A stretch of DNA of 63,645 nt from NCBI GenBank assembly GCA_046483505.1, contig JAWODB010000309.1, forward strand, positions 1-63,645. Direction: 5' to 3'. The position numbers and the translations under genes are program-made. Below, piece by piece: positions 37,310 to 49,105 of the stretch. Under the pieces are notes generated by a model. That model saw only the letters and a list, made by a program, of their open reading frames with translations, searched no databases and was not told the origin of the DNA. The DNA is from Phycisphaerae bacterium. GTDB taxonomy: Bacteria > Planctomycetota > Phycisphaerae > FEN-1346. Position 1 is the first letter of the stretch. Each line of letters starts with the position of its first letter.

Positions 37310-38316
37310 CGATTGCGGTGGCCTTGCCGAACTGGGTGGGCGACGCCGTCATGGCCACGCCCACCCTGCGGGCGCTGCGGCGCCGGTTCCCCCGGGAGCG
37401 GCTGCTGGCCGTCCTCCGCCCGTACGTTCGCCCCGTCCTCGATCCGAATCCGTGGACGGATGCGTTTATCGAGATCGACAAGACCGTGCTTGGGATGAAC
37501 CGCGCGGCCTGGGCGCTTCGGCGCGAGGCGCCGGACGTGGGCGTCCTGTTGCCGAACAGCCTCCGCAGCGCCGTGCTGATGCGCCTCGGCGGGGCGCGCC
37601 GCCGCATCGGCTATCGGCGGGGCGGGCGCGGCTGGCTCCTGACCGACGCCCTCGACCCCCCGCGCGACGGCCGCCGCTTCGTCCCCACGCCGCAGGTCAC
37701 CTACTACCTGGCCCTGGCGGAGGTGCTCGGCGCCCCGACGGACGACGTTCGCCTCGAACTCACGACGACCGAGGCCGACGAGGCCGACGCCGAGGCCGCC
37801 TTCGCCGGCGCGGGCCTGGACCCGTCGCGGACGCTCCTCCTCTGCCCCGGCTACGCCTTCGGCCCGGCGAAGGGCTGGCCGGCGGGGCATTGGGCGGAGG
37901 TGGTCCGCGGGGCGCGGGAGCGGTTCGGCCTCGACGCCGCCGTCCTGGCGGGCCCGACCGAGGCGGACGTGGCCCGCGCCATCTGCGACGCCGCCGGCTG
38001 CGCCACGCTCCACGAGGCGGGCCTGACGCTCGCCTCCGCCCGGGCCGTCGTCCGGCGCGCGCGGGCGATGGTGACCGTCGACAGCGGCCTGCGGCACTAT
38101 GCGGCCGCGTTCGACCGGCCGGTCGTCGCCCTCTTCGGCCCGACGCACGCCGGGTGGACGGAGACGTGGCACGCGAAGGAGGTCCGCCTCCAGGCCGACG
38201 TGCCGTGCGGCCCGTGCCAGCAGCCCGTCTGCCCGACCGGGACGGGCGAGTGCATGGTCAAGGTTGAACCGGACGAGGTCCTCGACGCGCTCGGCGATGC
38301 GCTGGCGCGCGGCTGA
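37306..38316 (+). CDS. waaF: LPS heptosyltransferase II (GT9)
   Basis: PNWVGDAVMATP, LPNSLRSA, PGYAFGPAKGWP, DSGLRHYAAA, LFGPT. Confidence 0.9.
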   Translation: MTIAVALPNWVGDAVMATPTLRALRRRFPRERLLAVLRPYVRPVLDPNPWTDAFIEIDKTVLGMNRAAWALRREAPDVGVLLPNSLRSAVLMRLGGARRRIGYRRGGRGWLLTDALDPPRDGRRFVPTPQVTYYLALAEVLGAPTDDVRLELTTTEADEADAEAAFAGAGLDPSRTLLLCPGYAFGPAKGWPAGHWAEVVRGARERFGLDAAVLAGPTEADVARAICDAAGCATLHEAGLTLASARAVVRRARAMVTVDSGLRHYAAAFDRPVVALFGPTHAGWTETWHAKEVRLQADVPCGPCQQPVCPTGTGECMVKVEPDEVLDALGDALARG

Positions 38317-38334
38317 GCAAGCGACTACAGAGAA

Positions 38335-38362
38335 GCGCGGTGGGTCTCCGCACCCACCGCGC
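38335..38362. repeat. Family B hairpin
   Basis: GCGCGGTGGGTCTCCGCACCCACCGCGC. Confidence 0.8.
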
Positions 38363-38553
38363 TCGAAATGGGGGGCATGCTTTCGCGCCGTTGCGAAAGC
38401 ATGTGGCTGGATTTGCGGGTCACACGCTGCCGCCGGGCTAGCCCGGCGCGCGGAGCGACCGGCGACGTGCCGTCGCCGGCTCAACGAGGAAAACCCGGCG
38501 GGTGTCCCTTCGCTACGGTCGGGACAGGCTCCGACCCGCCGGGCCCAGGTGAT

Positions 38554-39411
38554 ATGCTCGACACCGCCCAACTCGAAGCGATCCGCGACGGCCGCAAGAC
38601 GCCCGACGACCTGGCGTCCATCGTCATCCCGCATTACCGGACGCCGGACCTGGCGCGGCTGTGCCTGCGGGCCATCCGCCGCCTCACGGACCATCCGTAC
38701 GAGGTCATCGTCGTCGACAATCACAGCGACGACGGCTCCGCGGAGGCGCTCGACGAAATCGCCTGGATTCGTCTCATCCGCCGCGGCCCGGAGACCGAGG
38801 CCGAGGCCGTCTACGCCCACGCCGCCGCGATGGACCTCGGCACCCGCCAGGCCCGCGGACGCTGGCTTGTGAGCCTGCATACCGATACAATCGTCCGCCG
38901 CGAGGGCTGGCTCGGCGACCTGGTCGGCCGGCTGAAGGCGGCCGCGAACGCCGCCGCCCTCGGCTCGGGCAAACTCGACCCCGATCCCGGCTGGTACCGC
39001 GCCATGAAACGCCTGTGGGACACGCACCGCATGAAGGCGGCCCTTCGGCGGCTGCTCCGGCTGCCGCCCGACCCGCGCCTGGAGCCCGCCCCGTGGTACC
39101 CGCGCTCCTACTGCGCGGTGTACGACCTGGAGGCGGTCCGGGACCTCGGCCTCTCGTGGCAGCCGGCGCCGGGCCATCCGACCGGCGACCTCTTATACCG
39201 CGGTCTCGTGGAGGCCGGCTACGACGCCGTCCGCCTGCCGCCCCAGGTGATGCAGCAGTACGTGGAGCACGTGGCCCACGCGACGGCGCTCCTCGGCCGC
39301 GACGGCCTCGGCCACTGGCGGGGCAACGCGAAGGTCCGGCGGGCCCTGGCGCGGGTCATGGGCTCCGACCTGGCGCGCCAACTCCTCGCCGACGACTCGC
39401 TCGACCGGTAG
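38554..39411 (+). CDS. Glycosyltransferase family 2
   Basis: SIVIPHY, EVIVVDNHSDDGS, LHTD. Confidence 0.87.
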   Translation: MLDTAQLEAIRDGRKTPDDLASIVIPHYRTPDLARLCLRAIRRLTDHPYEVIVVDNHSDDGSAEALDEIAWIRLIRRGPETEAEAVYAHAAAMDLGTRQARGRWLVSLHTDTIVRREGWLGDLVGRLKAAANAAALGSGKLDPDPGWYRAMKRLWDTHRMKAALRRLLRLPPDPRLEPAPWYPRSYCAVYDLEAVRDLGLSWQPAPGHPTGDLLYRGLVEAGYDAVRLPPQVMQQYVEHVAHATALLGRDGLGHWRGNAKVRRALARVMGSDLARQLLADDSLDR

Positions 39412-39416
39412 ACCGC

Positions 39417-41162
39417 ATGGCCACCCTCGTCATCCATCCCGACTACCGCGCGCCGCTGGCGGCGGCGGGTCTGGACACGTTCGACGCCCTCTGGCAGGCG
39501 GCCGAGGGGCCGACCGTGGACGGCCACGCCACGCGAAGCGTCTCGCGGGTCGAATTGGCCGGGGAGGCCGACCGCCGCGTCGGCGTCTACGTCAAACGAT
39601 TCTGGGGGCGCGAGGCCCGACGCTCGTGGCGGTGCGTCCGCCTGTTTCGAGGGCCCCTCACACCGGCCGAGTACGAGTGGCAGAGTGCCCATCAGTTGCT
39701 GGACGCCGGCGTCGACGTGGCCCGTCCGGTGGCGTGGGGCCACCGCCGGGAAGCGGGACCGCCGCGGGCCCTGGTGGCCTTCCGCGAGGTGGAAGGCCCG
39801 TCGCTGGCCCAGTGGCTGTCGCGTCAGCCGACGGGCGTTGTCGTGGGGCGGGAGGGGCGCGTGCGGCACGCGGTCGCCACGGCCCTCGGGCGCGCCGTGC
39901 GCCGCATCCACGCCGCCGGCTTCACCTACCCCGACCTCTACGCCAAGCACGTGTACCTGGTGGACGCCGAAACGGTGAACCCGCGCGTCGTGCTCATCGA
40001 CGTTCAGCGTCTGCGGATGCGGCTGCCGTTTCGGACGGCCCGCGACCTGGCGGCCCTGTACGTTTCGGCGGCGGCGTACGGCGTCCGGCGAACGGACGTG
40101 ACCCGGTTTCTGCGGGCGTACCTCGGCCGCCGCGTTTCGGGGCCGCGCGGGCGGCGGCTCATTCGGTCGGTGCGGCGACGGGCCGAGCGGATGCCCGGCC
40201 GCGGACGCGACCCGAACCTGATTCCCGGCCGCCGCCACGCCCCGCCGGGCGTCGTCCCGCTGGCCGAGGAAGAGATGCCGCTCGCCGACGCCGGCCGGGT
40301 GCACGTTAACGAGGCGTTCCGCCCGATGCTCGAGGCGGCCGGCCTCGCGACCCTCGACGCCCTCATGGCCGTCGGCGGCGGCGAGACCTACCGCGAGGCC
40401 GCCGGACGCTCCACGGTCCGCCTCGTCCTGGACGACCCGGCGACCGGCGGCACACGGGCCGTCTACCTGAAGCGCTACACCGCCGTGCCGTGGCGGGTCC
40501 GGCTTCGCCGAACGCTCAGCCTGCACCCGGGTGAGACCTTGGCGCGGCGCGAGGTCGGCGGCCTGGTGCGCCTGGCGGACGCCGGCATTGCAAGCATGCG
40601 GCCGGTGGCGTTCGGCGGCGAGATGCGCCGCGGCGGCCGCGACGAACGCAGCGTCGTCGTCACGGAGGAGATCGCCGGCGCCATCCAGGCCGACGACTTC
40701 TGCGAGGCGCGGTACGCCGGCCCCCTCTCGCCGGGGCGGACGGCCGAGAAGCGCCGTCTCATCCGGCGGATGGCCGACCTGGCGAGCCGGATGCACGCGG
40801 CCAACCTGTCGCATCGCGACTTCTACTTGTGTCACATTATGGTCCGGCCGGTCGAGGGCGGCGAGTTCGTGCTCCACCTCATCGACCTCCAGCGGCTGAC
40901 GCATCACCGGCGCGGCCTCGGGCGGCGGTGGATCGTCAAGGACCTGGCCGCCCTGCTCTTCTCCTCGTGGCCGGGACCCGCCACGGGCATCCGCTCGCCG
41001 GTGTTCACGCGGACGGACCGGCTGCGTTTTGCGCGGGCGTACTTCGGGGCGGATCGCCTGACGGCGGCGCACAAGCGGCTGCTGCGCGCCGTGGTCCGAA
41101 AGGCCCGGCGCATCGGCCGGCACGATGCGCGGAAGCGCGCACGCACGGGGGGCGGCACGTGA
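39417..41162 (+). CDS. Tandem LPS kinase (WaaP/Kdo-kinase family, two domains)
   Basis: Domain 1: VYVKR, YPDLYAKH, IDVQR, RDLAAL; domain 2: VYLKR, HRDFYLCH, IDLQR, KDLAAL. Confidence 0.85.
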   Translation: MATLVIHPDYRAPLAAAGLDTFDALWQAAEGPTVDGHATRSVSRVELAGEADRRVGVYVKRFWGREARRSWRCVRLFRGPLTPAEYEWQSAHQLLDAGVDVARPVAWGHRREAGPPRALVAFREVEGPSLAQWLSRQPTGVVVGREGRVRHAVATALGRAVRRIHAAGFTYPDLYAKHVYLVDAETVNPRVVLIDVQRLRMRLPFRTARDLAALYVSAAAYGVRRTDVTRFLRAYLGRRVSGPRGRRLIRSVRRRAERMPGRGRDPNLIPGRRHAPPGVVPLAEEEMPLADAGRVHVNEAFRPMLEAAGLATLDALMAVGGGETYREAAGRSTVRLVLDDPATGGTRAVYLKRYTAVPWRVRLRRTLSLHPGETLARREVGGLVRLADAGIASMRPVAFGGEMRRGGRDERSVVVTEEIAGAIQADDFCEARYAGPLSPGRTAEKRRLIRRMADLASRMHAANLSHRDFYLCHIMVRPVEGGEFVLHLIDLQRLTHHRRGLGRRWIVKDLAALLFSSWPGPATGIRSPVFTRTDRLRFARAYFGADRLTAAHKRLLRAVVRKARRIGRHDARKRARTGGGT

Positions 41163-42328
41163 GGATCGGCTTCCAGATCGAGCACCTCGACCCGTCGCGC
41201 GGCGGGGCGGAGACGTACGTCCACCGCCTGGCCCGCGACCTGCTCGCCGCCGGGCACCAGGTGCACCTCTTCGCCGCGGCCATCGAGGATCCGCCCGAGG
41301 GGGCGACGCTGCATCACGTGCTCCGCCGTGGCCTGACGCGGCCGGAGTGCGACCTGCGGTTCGCGCGGGCCGTCGGCAAGGCCACGCGCCGGGCGGAGGT
41401 CGACGTGGCGGTCGCCGTCGGCCGCACCTTCGGCGCCACCGTCCTCCAGCCGCACGGCGGCACGCTGCCGGGCAGCCGGCGCCAGAACGCCCGGCTGGTG
41501 CGGCCGGCGTGGCTGGCCGGCCTCAAGCGGGCGTCCGACCGGCTGAACCCGCGGATCCGGGTCCAGGCCTGGATCGAGCGGCGGCAGTACCGGGCCGACC
41601 CGCCGCCCGACGTCGTCGCCATCAGCCGGATGGTCCATCGCGATATGCAGGCCTTTTACGACGTGCCGGACGAGCGGCTGCACCTGGTGTACAACGGCGT
41701 GGACACGGCGCGGTTCAGTCCCGAGGCGTGCGCGGCGGCGCGCGAGGCGGCCCGGCGGGCGTGGAACCTGGCGCCGGAGGAGACGTGTTTCCTCATGGTC
41801 GCGCACAATCCGCGGCTGAAAGGCTTGCGCGAACTGCTCGGGGCCGCCGCCCGCCTCGGCCGCGGAGAGCCGTGGCGGATCGTGGTCGTCGGCCGGGCCC
41901 GCGAGCGGCGGTTCCGCGAGCAGGCCGCGCGGCTCGGCATCGCCGACCGGCTGTTCCTCGCCGGTCCGATGGACGACGTGCTGCCCGCGTACGCGGCGTG
42001 CGATGCGTACGTCCAGCCCACGTGGTACGACCCGTGCAGCCTGGTGGTGCTGGAGGCGCTGGCGTGCGGCCGGCCGGTCGTGACGACCCGTTTCAACGGG
42101 GCCAGCGAGTTGATGGACGACGGGCGGGAGGGGGTCGTCCTGGACGCGCCGGACGAACTCGACCGACTGGCCGAGGCGCTCCACGCCCTGCAGGACGCGG
42201 ACGTGCGGCGCCGGATGGGCGCGGCCGCACGCGAGGTGGCCGAGCAGCACACCATCGAACGGAACGTGCGGGAGATGACGGCCGTCTTCGAGACCGCCGC
42301 GGCGCGGAAGGAGGCCCTTGGCCGATGA
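41159..42328 (+). CDS. Glycosyltransferase family 4 (WaaG-like)
   Basis: GGAETY, VYNGVD, LKGL, PTWYDPCSLVVLEALACG. Confidence 0.9.
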   Translation: MRIGFQIEHLDPSRGGAETYVHRLARDLLAAGHQVHLFAAAIEDPPEGATLHHVLRRGLTRPECDLRFARAVGKATRRAEVDVAVAVGRTFGATVLQPHGGTLPGSRRQNARLVRPAWLAGLKRASDRLNPRIRVQAWIERRQYRADPPPDVVAISRMVHRDMQAFYDVPDERLHLVYNGVDTARFSPEACAAAREAARRAWNLAPEETCFLMVAHNPRLKGLRELLGAAARLGRGEPWRIVVVGRARERRFREQAARLGIADRLFLAGPMDDVLPAYAACDAYVQPTWYDPCSLVVLEALACGRPVVTTRFNGASELMDDGREGVVLDAPDELDRLAEALHALQDADVRRRMGAAAREVAEQHTIERNVREMTAVFETAAARKEALGR

Positions 42329-42987
42329 CTCCCTGGCTCATCACGGCGGCGCTGCTCGTGGGGGCGTACCTGTGCGGGTCCATCCCGTTCGGCTGGCTCA
42401 TCGGGAAGATGCGCGGCGTCGACATCCGCGAGCACGGATCGAAGAATATCGGTGCGACGAACTGCGGCCGGGTGTGCGGATGGCCGTGGGGCATCCTCGC
42501 GTTCGTCCTGGACGTGGCCAAGGGGTTCGGGCCGGTGAGGTCGGCCGTCGTCCTCCTGCCGGGTGTTGTGGGTGGCGAGGGGCCGCGGGCCGTCTGGCTC
42601 GCCCTGGTGATCGTGGCGGTGGGGCCGATTCTGGGTCACACCTTCCCCGTATGGCTGAAGTTCAAGGGCGGCAAGGCCGTGGCGACCAGCCTGGGCGTCC
42701 TCCTCGCCCTGCCGCCGCTGTGGTGGATCGCGCTGGCGGCCCTTGGGGTGTGGATCGTCGTGACGGCCGCCACGGCGTACGTCTCCGTCGGCTCGACGGT
42801 GGCGGCCCTGGCGTTCGGAGGCATCTACGGCGGGTATTACCGGGGCGAGGCGCTGGGCGAGTTCCTGCCCGTGACGGTCTTCGTGGCGGCGATCGTGGTC
42901 CTGGTCATCGTCCGGCACAAGGCGAACTACGTGCGGCTGGCGCGGGGAGAGGAGAACCGGGTGTGGGGACGCAAGCGAGCTCGTTGA
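42325..42987 (+). CDS. plsY: Glycerol-3-phosphate acyltransferase
   Basis: YLCGSIPFG, GSKNIGATN, DVAKG, GHTFP, FKGGKAVATS, RHKAN. Confidence 0.95.
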   Translation: MTPWLITAALLVGAYLCGSIPFGWLIGKMRGVDIREHGSKNIGATNCGRVCGWPWGILAFVLDVAKGFGPVRSAVVLLPGVVGGEGPRAVWLALVIVAVGPILGHTFPVWLKFKGGKAVATSLGVLLALPPLWWIALAALGVWIVVTAATAYVSVGSTVAALAFGGIYGGYYRGEALGEFLPVTVFVAAIVVLVIVRHKANYVRLARGEENRVWGRKRAR

Positions 42988-43183
42988 GCCGTCGACCGAA
43001 GGTCGACGCGGCGCACGGGGCCCGTGAAACGGCAACGGCCGCCGACGCGTGAGTCGGCGGCTCAACGGGTCGCCAAGCGTTGCGCGGCGGGTCTCCGTAC
43101 CCGCCGCGCTTGAGCGCATACGTCCTGAAACGCGCGGTGGGTGCGGAGACCCACCGCGCTTCATCTTGGGGTCACCCACCGCG
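42982..43183. repeat. Family E palindrome (42982-43067) followed by family B hairpins
   Basis: CGTTGAGCCGTCGAC...GTCGGCGGCTCAACG (contains the plsY stop); B copies near 43082 and 43132. Confidence 0.8.
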
Positions 43184-43196
43184 CTTCGTCTCTGCG

Positions 43197-44743
<1,547 letters not shown>

Positions 44744-44747
<4 letters not shown>

Positions 44748-46234
44748 GCCGATTCCTCGCAGACGGGCGGGCGTCGGTCGGCCCAGCCGGTGGCGCGTTC
44801 GACCATGCGGGCGATGCGGAGCAGCCGGTCCTCCGTGAAGACGCCCGAGAGGATCTGGAGGCCCACCGGCAGCCCGTCGTCCGTGAAGCCCGCCGGGATG
44901 CTGACGCCGGCGATGGCGGCCATGCTCGCCCCCACCGTGAAGAGGTCCGAGAGGTACATGGCGAGCGGGTCGTCGAGGCGTTCGCCCAGGCGGAAGGCGG
45001 CCGTCGGGCTCGTCGGGCCCATGATGCAGTCGCACCGCTCGAAGGCGGCGTCGAAGTCCTGCCGCACCAGCCGCCGCACCTTCAGGGCCTGCTTGTAGTA
45101 CGCATCGTAGTAGCCGGAGGAGAGGGCGAACGTGCCGAGCATGATCCGCCGCTTGACCTCGTCGCCGAAGCCCTCGCTGCGGCTGCGCTTGACCATGTCG
45201 ATCATGTCGGCGGCCTCGCTTGAGCGGTGGCCGTAGTGCACGCCGTCGTACCGGGCCAGGTTCGAGGACGCCTCGCTCGGGGCCACGATGTAGTACGTGG
45301 CGATGGCGTAATCGGTGGCGTGCGGCAGGTCGACCTCGACGACCTCGGCGCCGAGGCCCTCGTACACGGCGACGGCCTCGCGGACCACGCGCTCGACCTC
45401 GGCGTCGAGGCCTTCGCCGAAGAACTCCTTCGGCACGCCGATGCGCAGCGGCTCGACGGGTTCTTCGAGGGCGGCGAGGTAGTCCGGCACCGGGGCGTCG
45501 GCCTCCGGGGCGCTGGTGGAGTCGCGCGGGTCGTGGCCGGCGACGGCCTGCAGGAGCAGGGCGGCGTCGCCGACGGTGCGGGCGATGGGGCCGATCTGGT
45601 CGAGGCTGGAGGCAAACGCGACGAGACCGTACCGGCTCACCCGGCCGTAAGTCGGCTTCAGGCCGACGACGCTGCACAGGCTGGCGGGCTGGCGGATGGA
45701 GCCGCCCGTGTCGGAGCCGAGGGCCACGGGGACCATGCGGGCCGCGACGGCGGCGGCGCTGCCGCCGCTCGACCCGCCGGGCACGCGGTCGAGGTCCCAC
45801 GGGTTGTGCGTCGGGCCGAAGCAGGAGTGCTCGGTGGACGAGCCCATGGCGAACTCGTCCATGTTGGTCTTGCCGACGATGACGGCCCCCTCGGCCAGAA
45901 GCCGCTCCACGACGTGGGCGTTGTACGGGGCGTGCCAGGTGCGGAGGATGTCGCTGCCGCAGGCGGTCGGCAGGCCGTCGGCGGTGGCCATGTTGTCCTT
46001 GACGGCGACGGGCAGGCCCGCGAGGAGGCCGACGTCCTCGCCGGCCGCGCGGCGGCGGTCGATCTCGGCGGCCCGGGCGCGGGCGGCGTCGGCGCCAATG
46101 GAGGCGAAGGCGTGGACCGCCGGCTCGAGGCGGTCGACGGCGTCGAGGCAGGCGTCGGCGGCCTCGACGGCCGTCAGGTCGCCCCGGCGGAGGGCGTCGC
46201 ACAGGTCGCAGGCGGTTTGGTCGAGGATGGACAT
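44744..46234 (-). CDS. gatA: Asp/Glu-tRNA amidotransferase subunit A
   Basis: KDN, GKTNMDEFAMGSS, PGGSSGGS, GSDTGGSIRQP, SSNLARYDG, EVKRRIMLG. Confidence 0.97.
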
Positions 46235-46305
46235 GGGTGTCGTTGAGTTCGCGGCGTTTCGGGCTGCGCAGGGGCGCCGCACATTCTTGCTACGGCACGC
46301 GCGGC

Positions 46306-46371
46306 GCAAGCGCCGCGGCGAACAGAAGCGTTCATACGCGCGTCAACGTATGTGTTCGCCGCCCCGCTTGC
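46306..46371. repeat. Palindromic element between gatC and gatA
   Basis: GCAAGCGCCGCGGCGAACA...TGTTCGCCGCCCCGCTTGC. Confidence 0.65.
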
Positions 46372-46396
46372 GGGGCGCGTGCCTCTTGTATACGCC

Positions 46397-46699
46397 TTAC
46401 GCGCTGCTGCCGTCGTCGATAACACGGGGGACGCGGAAGCATCCGCCGGCGGCGTCGGGCGCCCCGCCGAGGGCCTCCTCGTTCGAGAGTCCCGGCCGCG
46501 GCACGTCGGGCCGCAGGACGTTGCGCAGCGGCAGCGCGTGGGCGAGCGGCTCGACGCCGCCGGTGTCGAGTTCGCCCAACTGGTTCACGTAATCGACGAT
46601 GGAGGATAACTGGTCGGCGAACTTCGCGACGTCCTCGTCGGAGAGGTGGATGCGGCCGAGGTGGGCCACGTGGAGCACGTCCTCTGGCGAGAGGCCCAT
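46397..46699 (-). CDS. gatC: Asp/Glu-tRNA amidotransferase subunit C
   Basis: VLHVAHLGRI, LDTGGVEP, NVLRPD, FRVPRV. Confidence 0.93.
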   Translation of the reverse strand: MGLSPEDVLHVAHLGRIHLSDEDVAKFADQLSSIVDYVNQLGELDTGGVEPLAHALPLRNVLRPDVPRPGLSNEEALGGAPDAAGGCFRVPRVIDDGSSA

Positions 46700-46732
46700 C
46701 GGAGTTCTCCGAGCGCAGGGGTACAGGCGCAT

Positions 46733-46806
46733 GTGCCCCGGCGGGTCTTGTCCCGCCGTGTTCTTCCCCGGTCGAACGCACGGCCGGGCAAGGCCGGCCG
46801 TGGCAC
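46733..46806. repeat. Family D double hairpin
   Basis: GTGCCCCGGCGGGTCTTGTCCCGCCGTG...CACGGCCGGGCAAGGCCGGCCGTGGCAC; near-identical to 47397-47470. Confidence 0.85.
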
Positions 46807-46844
46807 GGGGCGCGAGGAAGCGGGCGAGGGCGCGGCCGCGGCGG

Positions 46845-47102
46845 CTACGTCGATTCGACGGCCGGGCGCTTGCCGGGTTTCTTCACCTTGCCGCTGCGGA
46901 GGCACTGGGCGCAGATGCGCATCCGTTTGCGGGTGCCGTCCGGCAGTTCGACGCGGACGCGCTGAAGGTTCGGCTGGAACTTTCGCCGGCTGATGCCGGT
47001 GACCTTGCGTCCGACGCCGCCGAGGTACTTGGCCTTGCCGCGGCGTGTGATGGAGTTGCCCATCCGGCCGCCCTTGCCGCAGATTTCGCACTTCGCTGCC
47101 AC
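46845..47102 (-). CDS. rpmB: 50S ribosomal protein L28 (Cys4 zinc-ribbon form)
   Basis: CEICGK, GVGRKVTG, RKFQPNLQ, CAQCLRSG. Confidence 0.95.
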   Translation of the reverse strand: MAAKCEICGKGGRMGNSITRRGKAKYLGGVGRKVTGISRRKFQPNLQRVRVELPDGTRKRMRICAQCLRSGKVKKPGKRPAVEST

Positions 47103-47147
47103 GATCCGTCCTCCGTCCGTTGGTTTCCGCCTGCGCTAAGACGGCAC

Positions 47148-47175
47148 AGTATACGCGTTTCGCGGGCGGCTTCAA
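47148..47175 (-). promoter_or_regulatory. Putative sigma70 promoter of rpmB-gatCAB
   Basis: TTGAAG-16 nt-TATACT on the minus strand. Confidence 0.5.
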
Positions 47176-47299
47176 GGGGATTTCGGGCGCGGCACATCAC
47201 CCGAGCCGGCTGCGGAAGCGGCCGGGCATCACCATCGGCCTTGGCACCTGCCATGGCGGATGAGGATGACCCGCCGCTCCCGGGGCGGGCTCGAACGGC

Positions 47300-47497
47300 G
47301 CGAGGCCTCGGTCGGAATGACAAATCGTGGGCACGGCCGGGCAAGACCGGCCGTGGCACAGCCCCGCCTACTCCTCCGCCGCGCCTAAGTCGGCATGTGC
47401 CACGGCGGGCCTTGTCCCGCCGTGTTCTACGCCGGCTGAACGCACGGCCGGGCAAGGCCGGCCGTGGCACGGGGCCTCTACTCTTCCGCCGCGCCTA
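47300..47497. repeat. Family A half-element, family D elements and a duplicated gene 3' end
   Basis: D arms at 47331-47359 and 47397-47470; CTACTC(C/T)TCCGCCGCGCCTA at 47368-47387 and 47478-47497. Confidence 0.8.
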
Positions 47498-49105
47498 TCT
47501 CCCGGCGGAGCCAGGCGGCGGCCTGGTCGGCGGTGCGGCTGTCCTCGTCGCGCATGACCTGGTAGTTCGCCCGGCGCATCGTCTCGACGGGAATCGCCCG
47601 GACCAGCGGCCGCAGCGCCCGGGCCAGGGCCTCGTCCTCGGCCACGCCGGGCGCGAGCAGCAGCACCGCGTCGTACGGTGGGATGATTTGCTTCGGATCC
47701 TCGAGGACCACGAGGTCGTAGGCGGCGATGCGGCCGTCGCTCGTGAAGGCGGCGATGACGTCCACCTCGCCCGTCGCGACGGCCTTGTACATGAAGGTGG
47801 CCTGGTACTGCTTGCGGCCGGCGAACGCGAGGCCGTAGGCGTCGCGGAGGCGGGTCCATTCCGGCCGGCCGAAGAACTCGTAACTGCCGCCGATCTTCAG
47901 GTCCGCCGACACCTCGGCCAGGTCGTCGATGGAATCGACGCCGAGGGCCTCGGCCCGCTCCCGCTTCATCGCCAGGGCGTAGGCGTTCTCGAAGCCGAGC
48001 GGCCCGAGGCAGCGGATGCCCTTCCGGCGTGCCAGCCACCACGTCATGTCCGTCAGGACGGTCTGCGGGTCGGCCACCGTATCGCGTTTCATCTGGTTGA
48101 CCCAGATTGTGCCGGAGTAATCGACGTAGACGTCGATCTCGCCGGAGGCCAGGGCCCGGAAGACGACGGCCGAGCCGAGCCCCTCGCGCATGCGCGTGCC
48201 GAGGCCGGCGTCCTCCAACTGGTCGCGGATGGCGGCCGCCAGGACGTACTGCTCGGCGAACGTCTTGGAGCCGATGGCGTAAACGTCCTTGGTGGCTTCG
48301 GCGGGGCCCTCTTCGGTGTCCTTGCGGAACCATCCGCGGAAGAGCCCTTCCCCCTGGAGGGCCGGCAGCGCCAGGCCCCCGAGGATCACCACGCCCAGGC
48401 CGACGGCGGCGCCGGCGACGCGGCCGCGGCTCCGCAGATCCACGCCCGTCTGCATGAGACCGATCAACTGGTCCAGCACCAGGGCCAGGGCGGCCGCGAA
48501 CACGCATCCGAACAGGACGGCGATCCAGTTCTCCATGTACAGGCCGCTGAAGATGTACGTGCCCAGGCTCGTCTGGCCGATGGGGGCCGACAGCGTGGCG
48601 ATGCCGACGACCAGACCGTGGCGGTCCGGACGCCCGCGATGATGACCGGCAGGGCGAGCGGCAGTTCGACTTTCAGCAGCACCTGCCGCGGCCGCATGCC
48701 CAGCCCGCGGGCCGCCTCCGTCATGGCCGGGTCCACCCCCGTGATCGCCGTCACCGTGTTCCGAAGCACCGGCAGCATGCTGTAGAGCGTGAGGGCGATG
48801 ATCGTCGGCAGGAACCCGAGGGCCGATATCGAGACGCCCACCAGCCGGTTCGTCACGTACGACACGCCCACCAGCACCGGGAAGAAGAGGGCCAGCAGCG
48901 CCATGCTCGGAATCGTCTGGATGATGCTGGCGGCCGTCAGGACCGGCCACCTCAGCGCCTTGCTCCGGGCCCCGAGGATGGCGAGCGGCAGGCTGACCAC
49001 GATGCCGATGCCGAGGGCCAGCGCGCTGATCAGCACGTGCTGGCCGAGGTAACTCGGCAGGTTCCGGAGGCACTCGCCGATCTGTTGCCAGACCTCGCCG
49101 GTCAT
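47478..49105 (-). CDS. Fused ABC permease/substrate-binding protein, glycine betaine/osmoprotectant (Opu) type; one frameshift near 48611
   Basis: QTIPSMALLAL, EAARGLGM, VRTATVW then VVGIATL in another frame (one G missing); IGSKTFAEQY, YVDYSGT, LGFENAYALA, PPYDA. Confidence 0.88.

Noticed and set aside
48605-48620. Frameshift in the Opu permease as programmed frameshifting or true pseudogenisation
   Set aside because: Adding one G to a GG run restores ..TVWVVGIATL; no slippery heptamer; both halves are intact. Most likely a homopolymer sequencing error (check reads).
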